A DNA stretch of 64,000 bases from a virus (lineage: Duplodnaviria; Caudoviricetes): positions 23,425 through 87,424 of IMG/VR virus record IMGVR_UViG_3300005937_000001. One strand, 5' to 3'. Positions 54,458 through 61,843 of this stretch are shown piece after piece. The notes beneath the pieces were generated by a model. That model did not search any database and had not been told where the DNA came from. It was given only the letters and a program-made list of their open reading frames with translations. The position numbers and the translations under genes were made by a program. Numbering within the stretch: the first letter of the stretch is position 1; every line of letters starts with the position of its first letter.

Positions 54458-54700
54458 TTAGAAAAACCAAGTCAGCAACATCCAGGCGAAGACCATGCAC
54501 AAGATCACGGCTGGAATTGCTAGCCAGTTCGAGGTGTACCACGTCAGCCCTACGATCAAGACGAAGGTGTAGAACACCAACGTGGCGGTGGCGTACTTGC
54601 GCGATGGAAAGATTACCATCGCGATCAGGTCCATGATGCGATCGTACCAAAAAAGCAGGCCCGATTTCTCGGGCCTGTTACCATTCGTAGATTGTCGCAC
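54458..54700 (-). CDS. Small two-TM membrane protein
   Basis: Two hydrophobic segments (LVFYTFVLIVGLTWY; WLAIPAVILCMVFAWMLLTWFF); start uncertain. Confidence 0.5.
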   Translation of the reverse strand: MRQSTNGNRPEKSGLLFWYDRIMDLIAMVIFPSRKYATATLVFYTFVLIVGLTWYTSNWLAIPAVILCMVFAWMLLTWFF

Positions 54701-54704
54701 GGGC

Positions 54705-55427
54705 TTAGGCCACTTGGCGTTTGCGCCGATAACGGTTGAGACCGATCATCCCGCCGAGCGCCATGATCAGGCCAGGCAGGCCGGCGCCGACGATCGGGCC
54801 AGGCACAGTCGATATCCTCGTTTCCGGTCCCGTTCCGAAGCTGAACTCAACGGAGTTGATGCCGGTGAAGGTCGTGACACCGCTGAGGTCGAGATGGATC
54901 GCCAGCGGCCCAGACACCACGAACGGGTCAAATTGCCCGCAGACCAGCGAGCAAGCACCGGAGAAGTCGGTGCCAGTCGGCAGCAACAGTTGGCTCGGCT
55001 GCCCACCACCGAGGGCGGACATGTAGATGATGGTGCCGCCGCCAGTGATGCTAAAAGTCCCCGTACCACTGTCTGGGGGAACCGTACCTAGCCCGACCCA
55101 CCGCAACGGATCACCAGCAACATTGACCGCGGTACCGCCGTCAATGTTGGCAAGCTGGCCAGTAGCGGTTCGGCCGAGCAGGGTGCCCGCCGAGCTGTCG
55201 AGAACAATCATGAAGTCGCTTAGCGTCTGACCGGCACTGTGAATGTCGGTCGAGTTGAGTGTGTTGCGCAGAACAATGTCAATCGAACCATTGTTCGTCG
55301 TGACATCGGCCGAAGCGGCAAGCGCTCCGTCGCTGCCGGTCCCTGTCACCGAGAACGAGAACATGTTCGCGGCAGCGGGTGATGCGAGCGCCAAACTTAT
55401 GCCCGCGGCAAGTAGCAGTTTTCGCAT
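54705..55427 (-). CDS. Cell-surface protein with signal peptide and PEP-CTERM-like (VPGP...GAGLPG) sorting tail
   Basis: MRKLLLAAGISLALASPAAA signal; C-terminal VPGPIVGAGLPGLIMALGGMIGLNRYRRKRQVA (motif + TM + basic tail); SD AGGAG. Confidence 0.8.
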   Translation of the reverse strand: MRKLLLAAGISLALASPAAANMFSFSVTGTGSDGALAASADVTTNNGSIDIVLRNTLNSTDIHSAGQTLSDFMIVLDSSAGTLLGRTATGQLANIDGGTAVNVAGDPLRWVGLGTVPPDSGTGTFSITGGGTIIYMSALGGGQPSQLLLPTGTDFSGACSLVCGQFDPFVVSGPLAIHLDLSGVTTFTGINSVEFSFGTGPETRISTVPGPIVGAGLPGLIMALGGMIGLNRYRRKRQVA

Positions 55428-55607
55428 GTATGCTCCTTTGCAAGGGTTCCACCCAAGAAGAACCTTCACGAAGTAGCTCGATTAAACCAGCGCTATTTTT
55501 TAGACAACGCTTGAAAATTAACGGGACGCCTGCGTTCGCGAGAAAATGCGGTGAGAGGCTTGCTCTCACCGCACTTGCTACATTTTGATTTCCTCATGGC
55601 TCGCGGC

Positions 55608-55838
55608 TCAATCAGGGACGAAATTGAAGTAAAAGCGGGGGCTGTGAACAAACTCCAGCGAGCCCTTCGCGCCGTCGCTCTTGCGAGTGACGACAACGAA
55701 CGGCGCCATGAAGCCGTGCACGATGAAGTCGCGGCTCAGCGCCGCGGTGTCCCACAACGACCCCGCTTCCGCGAAGTCGCGCGCGACTTGTCCGCTCTTA
55801 ATCATGTTGCGGCGGACGCTTTCGGTTTCGTCTTTCAT
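55608..55838 (-). CDS. Hypothetical protein
   Basis: 76 aa, preceded by GGAGAACTCAAATG; F.V.GF.APFVVV.RKSDG.KGSLEF.HSPR.YF.F family. Confidence 0.7.
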   Translation of the reverse strand: MKDETESVRRNMIKSGQVARDFAEAGSLWDTAALSRDFIVHGFMAPFVVVTRKSDGAKGSLEFVHSPRFYFNFVPD

Positions 55839-55853
55839 TTGAGTTCTCCTTTC

Positions 55854-56756
55854 TCACGTTAGATACTCTTGCACGTCATCCCACCGATCTGAGATCGCCT
55901 GCAGCTTTTCCTTGTTAGCGTCTTCGCGTGCCTGTGCTGCATTCCACGCTCTTCGATCGATGAGGCCTTCGATGTTGGTGCGGATAAGCTGATCGATCAC
56001 GGTCGGATTAAGAGCATCAAGCTCCCATGATTCGTTTCCGAAACGGTCGATGTAGCCTGCCGCCCGACTGTCAGTCTCTTTTGCGGGATTAGGCGGCGGA
56101 TTGTATTGCTGGACTTGATCCATATTGAGCGCGAGCCGTCGCACTTCGAAGCCGGCAAAGAGCGAAAACATTCGCACACGATCAGTGTTGTCGCGTGTCA
56201 TATCGATGCCACTCGGATCGTGATCGCCGAGGTGAAAGATGATCGGAATTTGCCCGCGACGCTTAAGATTGCGGAAGCGTTGACCAGCCTCATACTGAGA
56301 ACTCTGCGAGGCGTAGCCGCGACAAGCGAAGTAGCTCGTGCGCAGCTCGTTGCATGCAGTTTCGATGACACCGACCAGCGCGTCCTTCTCGATCCACACT
56401 TCGGGGCGATACTTCTGCCCGCGCCACAGGTCTTCCTTGTACTGGCGCGCGCACGCCTCGACGATGTCCTCGGGCGCGTCCCAAGAATTGACACTGCGGA
56501 CGTAGCGGGTGCGGTCCTCCATCATGGCCCAGTCGATGAGACCGGCCAAACGCGCATCGTTCACGATGCCGCCGAGACGGGCGTACTCAGTCTGCTTGTT
56601 GGGGATGAGACCACGCGCGACAAACTGATAGTAGAGCTGCCGCAGCGTGAGCACGAGCCCTTGCTGCTCGTACTCCTCCAAGATGTCGTTTGCCTTCTCG
56701 ATGATGTCGAGGCTTGATTGACGAAATTTCTTTTCGATGAACGTCTCTTTAGCCAT
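55854..56756 (-). CDS. Topo VIA/Spo11-like winged-helix + Toprim protein
   Basis: LTLRQLYYQ.VA (WH), EVWIEKDAL, CRGY.S.S, LGDHDPSG.D (Toprim DxD), ELDAL. Start fixed by GGAGAACTCAAATG. Confidence 0.75.
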   Translation of the reverse strand: MAKETFIEKKFRQSSLDIIEKANDILEEYEQQGLVLTLRQLYYQFVARGLIPNKQTEYARLGGIVNDARLAGLIDWAMMEDRTRYVRSVNSWDAPEDIVEACARQYKEDLWRGQKYRPEVWIEKDALVGVIETACNELRTSYFACRGYASQSSQYEAGQRFRNLKRRGQIPIIFHLGDHDPSGIDMTRDNTDRVRMFSLFAGFEVRRLALNMDQVQQYNPPPNPAKETDSRAAGYIDRFGNESWELDALNPTVIDQLIRTNIEGLIDRRAWNAAQAREDANKEKLQAISDRWDDVQEYLT

Positions 56757-56939
56757 TTGAGTTCTCCATTGGAGCATCGGTGCTCCTAAAGCTGATGGGC
56801 CAGATTCGGATTGAATGTGCGGGGCGATGAAAAATAAAAGCGAGACCGCACCACCTTCAACGCCACCGGCAGGCCTTACTCAGCAGCTCCAGTGGTGCGG
56901 TCCCTACCCTGGTTCACAAGGCGCCTCGTGCCAGGGGTC

Positions 56940-58454
56940 TCAGTTGATAAACACCAACTCGGACTGCGAGCGGGTGACCGCAACATAAGCAAGATTGTCT
57001 TCCTGCTTTAGTTGCCATTCTTGCCGCGCGTACGGTGACGGGCACCGGCGTGCATGCTCGACCAGCATCACCCGCTGCCATTCACGGCCCTTCGAGCGAT
57101 GATAGGTGCAGAGTGTCAGCAAGCCGGCTTTCGTGACATCGTCGGCAAACAGCTCGTTGACGAACACACGCACGTCATCGAGGCTGGCCGCGCCGGATCG
57201 CTGCTTCGACACCTTGTCCTGCACCGCGGTGCAGATGACGCGCAACGTGTCACAGCGATCAGCGATCTCCCCAACTTTGTCCTCTTTACCCTTGGCGATG
57301 GCCTTCTGGGTTTCCCGAGCTTGCCAGTCTTCGAGCTTGTCGAGGAAAGCGGGGACGGTCGACACGGTCTTCCAGCGATCAACCAGACGCAGCAGCCCGT
57401 TGCCAATCTCGCGGCCCTCGACCTTGCAAGCCACGCCGCGCCGAATGAGCGCGTAGGCCTGCTCGACCAAGGGAGCGGTGTTGCGGCACAAGATGCTATC
57501 GGTCGGCCGCAGCTCGGCCGGCAGCTCGGTGGCTTGCGTCACCGTACCATCGACCGCGCCGTCGGCAGCCTGGATGTCCGGCACGTACCGCTGCGCCAAC
57601 TTGACGACCGCCTTGGGGCAGCGCCAGGTCATGGTGAGCGGCAGCACCTCCGCGTCCATCTCGTCGATCAGCTCGTCGAGCGCATTGGCGGAAGCGCCGG
57701 CAAAGCCCATGATCGCCTGCCGATCGTCACCGACGACCATCAAGCGGCCGTTAGGCTTCAAGAACTTTTTGACCAAGGCACGGCGGGCACGCGAAGTGTC
57801 CTGCGCCTCGTCAAGAAAGATCAGGTCCTTGCCGAACCGAACGACAAGGTTGTGCACGAGCGGGAATAAGACCATGTCGTCGAAGTCGACGATGTCGGTC
57901 TTGTCCAGCGACTTTTCGTAGATCGTCTGCGCAGCCTCGATCACCTTATCCATGTCGGACGTGTTGTCGAAACCGTTGACGCCGTAGTGCGCAGCCATCT
58001 CGTACCAGGCGTGCGTGTCGCGTATCTGCACGTCATCAAAGAAGCCGAAGCCTTCGAGCTTCGCGAGATGCACGAGATCGCCGATCGCGCCGAAGAACTT
58101 GTCGAACACCGGCGCGTTCTCCGCACGCAGAAGATCGCGAACCTTGTAGTTGTCGACCTTGACGCCCTTGAACGCAAAGCGCACGAGGCCAAAGCCGAGG
58201 CTGTGCGTGGTGACGGCCTGGCACTGCTTCCAGTCGATGTTACGCTTTTTCAGCTTGCCTTCGATCTCGACCTGGATCGCCTTGCCGAAGGCGCAGATGG
58301 CAACTTCGTGCGTCGGGTGCGCGTCGATGTAGGCGACCGCGGCTTCGAGAATGGTGCTGGTCTTGCCAGTGCCGGCGCGGGCGCGCAGGCACTTGTGGCC
58401 ACTGCCTTTGACGACAGCGTCGACAAACGCGACCTGTTGATTAGTGAGCTTCAT
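56940..58454 (-). CDS. UvrD/Rep-like SF1 helicase
   Basis: ARAGTGKTST (Walker A), DFDDM, FLDEAQD, VVGDDRQAI.GF.GA, LT.TWRCP, L.RNTAPL, TYHRSKGREW, NLAYVAVTR. Confidence 0.9.
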   Translation of the reverse strand: MKLTNQQVAFVDAVVKGSGHKCLRARAGTGKTSTILEAAVAYIDAHPTHEVAICAFGKAIQVEIEGKLKKRNIDWKQCQAVTTHSLGFGLVRFAFKGVKVDNYKVRDLLRAENAPVFDKFFGAIGDLVHLAKLEGFGFFDDVQIRDTHAWYEMAAHYGVNGFDNTSDMDKVIEAAQTIYEKSLDKTDIVDFDDMVLFPLVHNLVVRFGKDLIFLDEAQDTSRARRALVKKFLKPNGRLMVVGDDRQAIMGFAGASANALDELIDEMDAEVLPLTMTWRCPKAVVKLAQRYVPDIQAADGAVDGTVTQATELPAELRPTDSILCRNTAPLVEQAYALIRRGVACKVEGREIGNGLLRLVDRWKTVSTVPAFLDKLEDWQARETQKAIAKGKEDKVGEIADRCDTLRVICTAVQDKVSKQRSGAASLDDVRVFVNELFADDVTKAGLLTLCTYHRSKGREWQRVMLVEHARRCPSPYARQEWQLKQEDNLAYVAVTRSQSELVFIN

Positions 58455-58477
58455 TTGAGTTCTCCAGGGTTGCGGGG

Positions 58478-58522
58478 GATATTGTGAAGGGGCAGGGACG
58501 TCCCTGCCCCTCGGGCAATATC
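58478..58522. promoter_or_regulatory. 24-bp perfect palindrome inside a longer hairpin upstream of the helicase
   Basis: AGGGGCAGGGAC|GTCCCTGCCCCT at 58488-58511, flanked by GATATTG/CAATATC. Confidence 0.6.
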
Positions 58523-58702
58523 TCACGTGCTGAAATCAAACAGCGTTGAGAGTAGCGGCACCTCGGTTTCTTTCGAGATGCGAGGCACCCGATAGGTGTA
58601 GCAGTCGGCGCAGACGAACCACTCAACGCTGTTCTTGCCGACTTCGACGCGGTTCAGCTCCCGAAAGCGCTTCCCGCAGCAGTCGCAATTACGCAGGTTC
58701 AT
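58523..58702 (-). CDS. Small zinc-finger protein (59 aa)
   Basis: CDCC...CADC; ATGA coupled. Confidence 0.5.
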   Translation of the reverse strand: MNLRNCDCCGKRFRELNRVEVGKNSVEWFVCADCYTYRVPRISKETEVPLLSTLFDFST

Positions 58703-59013
58703 GACTTGCTCCGCTTGTTCAGCGCCACGTATTCGGCGCGCGTGATCTCGACCGTCGGCGCGACTTCACAGAACTCGGGAGTACGATCCCAACGCGCACT
58801 GGTGGAGGCCTTGCGAGCGAGCTGCTCGCTACCAGAGAAGCCACTGGTGCCCCAGCTAATCAGTTCACCAGGCTGGGCGCGGCCTTCCTTCACCATCCAG
58901 TCAGCAGCCACGTAGTGGCCGTGGACTCGATACGCGTGAGTGTATTTGCGGCCGGCGGTCGAACGCGTGAGCGTCGTGCCGTCGCTGAAGTTTGCTGCAT
59001 AGTAGGTCGTCAT
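58699..59013 (-). CDS. Hypothetical protein
   Basis: MTTYYAANFSDG...; preceded by the variant GGAGTAATTGAAATG. Confidence 0.6.
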   Translation of the reverse strand: MTTYYAANFSDGTTLTRSTAGRKYTHAYRVHGHYVAADWMVKEGRAQPGELISWGTSGFSGSEQLARKASTSARWDRTPEFCEVAPTVEITRAEYVALNKRSKS

Positions 59014-59018
59014 TTCAA

Positions 59019-59240
59019 TTACTCCGTTCGTGCGAGCTTGCTCGCGGTGAGATTGAGGATGCCGGCGTTGCGGTTCCAGGCGACGGCAAGTTTTCTGTCT
59101 TGCCAGTTCGCCTGGACATGCTCGCCTTTGGCGTAGCAGATGTGTTCGAGCGCATAGAGCACGTTTGCCAGGCCGACCTTGTCGACCATGCATTCGAGCG
59201 CGACCATGGCGTCCGAACCTTCTTCGAAGTAGGCGCTCAT
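59019..59240 (-). CDS. Hypothetical protein
   Basis: 73 aa, ATGA coupled. Confidence 0.6.
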   Translation of the reverse strand: MSAYFEEGSDAMVALECMVDKVGLANVLYALEHICYAKGEHVQANWQDRKLAVAWNRNAGILNLTASKLARTE

Positions 59241-59527
59241 GCGGGCACCTTGATCTTGCCGGTACGAGCAACAACGCGAACCATCGTCACCGGCGTGACA
59301 TTGGTGTGCGCGCGGATGAACTGCGGGGAGAGCTTCTCCCGCACAGCGTCCATGTCGAGCGTCTCGCGCTCGGTCTCGCTGACCGTGGCACGATACAACT
59401 CGCCCTCATAGGCGCCGGCGCCGTTCTCAATCAGAATGGCCTTCAGCTCGGCCTCCTCGGCCTTGAGCGCAGCAAGCTGCGCCTTGACCACGCCGAGGCG
59501 GTCAATGGTGGGGGACAGGTTGTTCAT
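59237..59527 (-). CDS. Hypothetical protein (coiled N-terminus)
   Basis: IDRLG..KAQ.A.L...E..LK..L motif; preceded by GGAGAACTCAAATG. Confidence 0.7.
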   Translation of the reverse strand: MNNLSPTIDRLGVVKAQLAALKAEEAELKAILIENGAGAYEGELYRATVSETERETLDMDAVREKLSPQFIRAHTNVTPVTMVRVVARTGKIKVPA

Positions 59528-59539
59528 TTGAGTTCTCCG

Positions 59540-59731
59540 TTATTCGACAGAAAGACCATCGGCAACCATGCCGTCGACGATGGCAGCGACGTAGCGAGCC
59601 TCGACGCAAAGCGACGGGCCCATCCACATGTAAGGCTCGGCCTCGATGTGGTTGGCCATCCACTCGCGCGCCGTGACAGAGACCGGCGTGAGCGTGCAGA
59701 TCGAGCCGTGATTGCAGAAACGAACGTCCAT
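59540..59731 (-). CDS. Hypothetical protein (first early gene)
   Basis: MDVRFCNHGSI..LTP.S..A.EW...; preceded by GGAGAACTCAAATG. Confidence 0.7.
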   Translation of the reverse strand: MDVRFCNHGSICTLTPVSVTAREWMANHIEAEPYMWMGPSLCVEARYVAAIVDGMVADGLSVE

Positions 59732-60277
59732 TTGAGTTCTCCAATTTAAGTGGGGGATTGCCAGGCTGGTCACCCTGGCAGGAGGCCGACAGTATGTTGT
59801 TCGCCCCGTCGGCTCGGCTCCGTACTTCTGAGGTACCGAGCGGCTCCAGATCATTGGCCTTGCCGGACAGGCGAAAAGCTTAATCCAGTCGGCCGCTCAG
59901 CACTTCGGAAATACGAGAGAGCCCGCAAAACGTTGTCTCAGAGCGAGACAATGTTTAAGCGGGCCCCCGTGTGTCTCGATATTTCTTCTCGCCTCGACAC
60001 TCGGGCCCTATCTGCTATTTTTGATCGAGCAGTTCGATCCCCCTTCGTTGAGTGCGCGAGTTGGAGCAAAAGGGCTAGGCTGCCAGCACGCGCGACCGCT
60101 CTTGTGTCGGTCCTCCGCGGATAGCTTACCGCCTAGCGCACCCCTCCTCGGGGGGCACCCATCCGCGAGCGTGCTTGCGAAAACCTGGTGCCCCTGGACG
60201 TAGCTCCGATCGGGGACCTAGGCACCGCGCGGGCCTGGGGGGTGGACTGCTCGGCAACGTGCCGCGGCCACCCCCGA

Positions 60278-60306
60278 AATATGGCTGAAACGGGCCCAAT
60301 TGTCAA
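60278..60306 (-). promoter_or_regulatory. Putative leftward sigma70 early promoter
   Basis: Minus strand TTGACA-17 nt-CATATT. Confidence 0.55.
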
Positions 60307-60358
60307 GGTTTCCTTGAAAATTCTTGTAGGGAAAGAAGTCCTTGATTTTAGGCCTAAA
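60303..60358. promoter_or_regulatory. Candidate operators in the divergent control region
   Basis: TCAAGG-TTT-CCTTGA (60303-60317) overlaps the -35; a second CCTTGA at 60340; palindrome TTTAGGCCTAAA (60347-60358). Confidence 0.4.
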
Positions 60359-60376
60359 TTTAGAGTAAAGGGAAGC

Positions 60377-60607
60377 ATGAAAAAACCAGACCGGCGCGGA
60401 CGCAAGCGCATCAACCCTCTGCACCCCGCAGTGCGTCGGGCGATGAGGGACAACGGCGGAACGTTAAAAACACTCGCAGACAAGCTAGGGATCACACCTC
60501 AAGCACTTGCGATGTGGGGAAAACACATTCCGCTTCATCACGTTAAGGCCATCGCAAGGATGAGCGGTATGGATCGAAAGAAGCTCCGACCAGACATCTT
60601 TAGTTGA
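60377..60607 (+). CDS. Cro/YdaS-like HTH regulator 1
   Basis: GG.L..LA..LGITPQA...W...IP....AI...SG.....LRPDIF. Confidence 0.75.
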   Translation: MKKPDRRGRKRINPLHPAVRRAMRDNGGTLKTLADKLGITPQALAMWGKHIPLHHVKAIARMSGMDRKKLRPDIFS

Positions 60608-60711
60608 GTCGGGCATCCGACTTAAAGGTTGTAAAAACAATTTCAAATTGAACCTGACGCCAAAGTCGAGTACATCGCTCTGGCGGCGACAAGTGTATTG
60701 GAGTCAAATGG

Positions 60712-60963
60712 ATGGCTAAACGAAGGAAGAGCAAGCCGGCCTGGCGCTGGCGTCAACCAAACGACCTAAGCCCAGGCCTACGATTGGCCGTCGAAGCAGT
60801 CGGCGGCAACATGTCTGAGCTAGCCCGAGCCCTTGATATTACACCGCAAGCCGTGAGCCTGTGGGATGACATCCCGTTCCGACGCATCGTTGCGATCGAA
60901 CGAGCGACTAAAGTCCCACGCGAGCGCCTGCGGCCAGACCTATATCGGCGAAGGTCGGCTTGA
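60712..60963 (+). CDS. Cro/YdaS-like HTH regulator 2
   Basis: GG.MSELARALDITPQAVSLW..IP..R..AIE.AT.VP.E.LRPDLY. Confidence 0.8.
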   Translation: MAKRRKSKPAWRWRQPNDLSPGLRLAVEAVGGNMSELARALDITPQAVSLWDDIPFRRIVAIERATKVPRERLRPDLYRRRSA

Positions 60964-61005
60964 ATTAACTTGAATTGAATTTCCGGCCGATCTACTTTTC
61001 GGCCC

Positions 61006-61647
61006 ATGACAACTCGTGGCGCCGATTACCCTCGCATAGCGAACGACGACTACCCTACTCCACCAGAGGTGACGCGGGCCCTGTTCGATAACATCGAGCT
61101 GGGCCCGTCTATTTACGACCCCGCGTGCGGGCGTAAGAAGAAAATCCTGAAGGTCGCCGCTGAGCGCCATTACGACGCCGACGGCAACGACATCATTTTC
61201 GGCCGCGATTTTCTCAAGGCTCTCGTCCCCATCGGAGCAAGCATTGTCACTAACCCACCGTACGGCGATCGCCGCGGCACTCTTGCGCTACGCTTCATTG
61301 AACAGGCGCTCGTCCTCACCGAGCTTTACTGCGGACAGGTTGCCATGCTGCTGCCGGTTGATTTCGACAGCGGCAAGACCCGCGCGCACGTGTTCCAGCA
61401 CCGTACCTTCATGCGCAAGCTCATCCTGCTCGATCGCATCCGGTGGTTCGACGGGCAGTCAGGATCGACGAACCACGCGTGGTTCATTTGGGACTGGGCG
61501 CACAGCGGACCACCGACCATCAAATACATCAGGATCAATCATGGGGATCATGAGCCGGCGCAAAGGCGCACGCATCGAGCTGGACGTTCTGCACGAGCTG
61601 CAGGACGCCGGCATCATGTGCGAGAAGCTGTCGTACGCGTACCGTAA
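61006..61647 (+). CDS. DNA amino-methyltransferase (NPPY type)
   Basis: D.Y.TP, IYDPACG (motif I), IVTNPPYG (motif IV), AWFIWD. Confidence 0.75.
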   Translation: MTTRGADYPRIANDDYPTPPEVTRALFDNIELGPSIYDPACGRKKKILKVAAERHYDADGNDIIFGRDFLKALVPIGASIVTNPPYGDRRGTLALRFIEQALVLTELYCGQVAMLLPVDFDSGKTRAHVFQHRTFMRKLILLDRIRWFDGQSGSTNHAWFIWDWAHSGPPTIKYIRINHGDHEPAQRRTHRAGRSARAAGRRHHVREAVVRVP

Positions 61648-61843
61648 GACGCACGACATCCGCGTGGTGCTGTTCGACAAGCATCTCAAAATGGAGGTGA
61701 AGTGCCGCGCTAAGGGCTTCGCCACCATCTACAACTGGCTCAAGCCGGTTGATCTCCTGGTGCTGCGGCGCGACCGCAGCGAGGCCCTGGTCGTGATGCC
61801 GATCTCGACACTGGTCGAGCTGACCAAAGGGAAGCGAGAATGA
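61541..61843 (+). CDS. Holliday junction resolvase-like PD-(D/E)XK nuclease
   Basis: SRRKGARIE...L...G...D.....EVK...IY.WL...DLLV.R.DR...LVV; start at 61541 or 61550. Confidence 0.7.
   Translation: MGIMSRRKGARIELDVLHELQDAGIMCEKLSYAYRKTHDIRVVLFDKHLKMEVKCRAKGFATIYNWLKPVDLLVLRRDRSEALVVMPISTLVELTKGKRE

Larger units (their letters stand above)
54440..59742 (-). repeat. Six identical copies of start-associated 14-mer GGAGAACTCAAATG
   Basis: + strand CATTTGAGTTCTCC at 54440, 55836, 56754, 58452, 59525 and 59729. Confidence 0.9.

Noticed and set aside
55854-58454. Calling the Toprim + helicase pair a Gabija system
   Set aside because: The Toprim protein lacks the ABC-ATPase of GajA and resembles TopoVIA; only the analogy is reported.
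60086-60175. tRNA gene (cloverleaf-like fold)
   Set aside because: No TTCRA T-loop, D-loop GG or CCA end on either strand; kept only as part of the structured leader.
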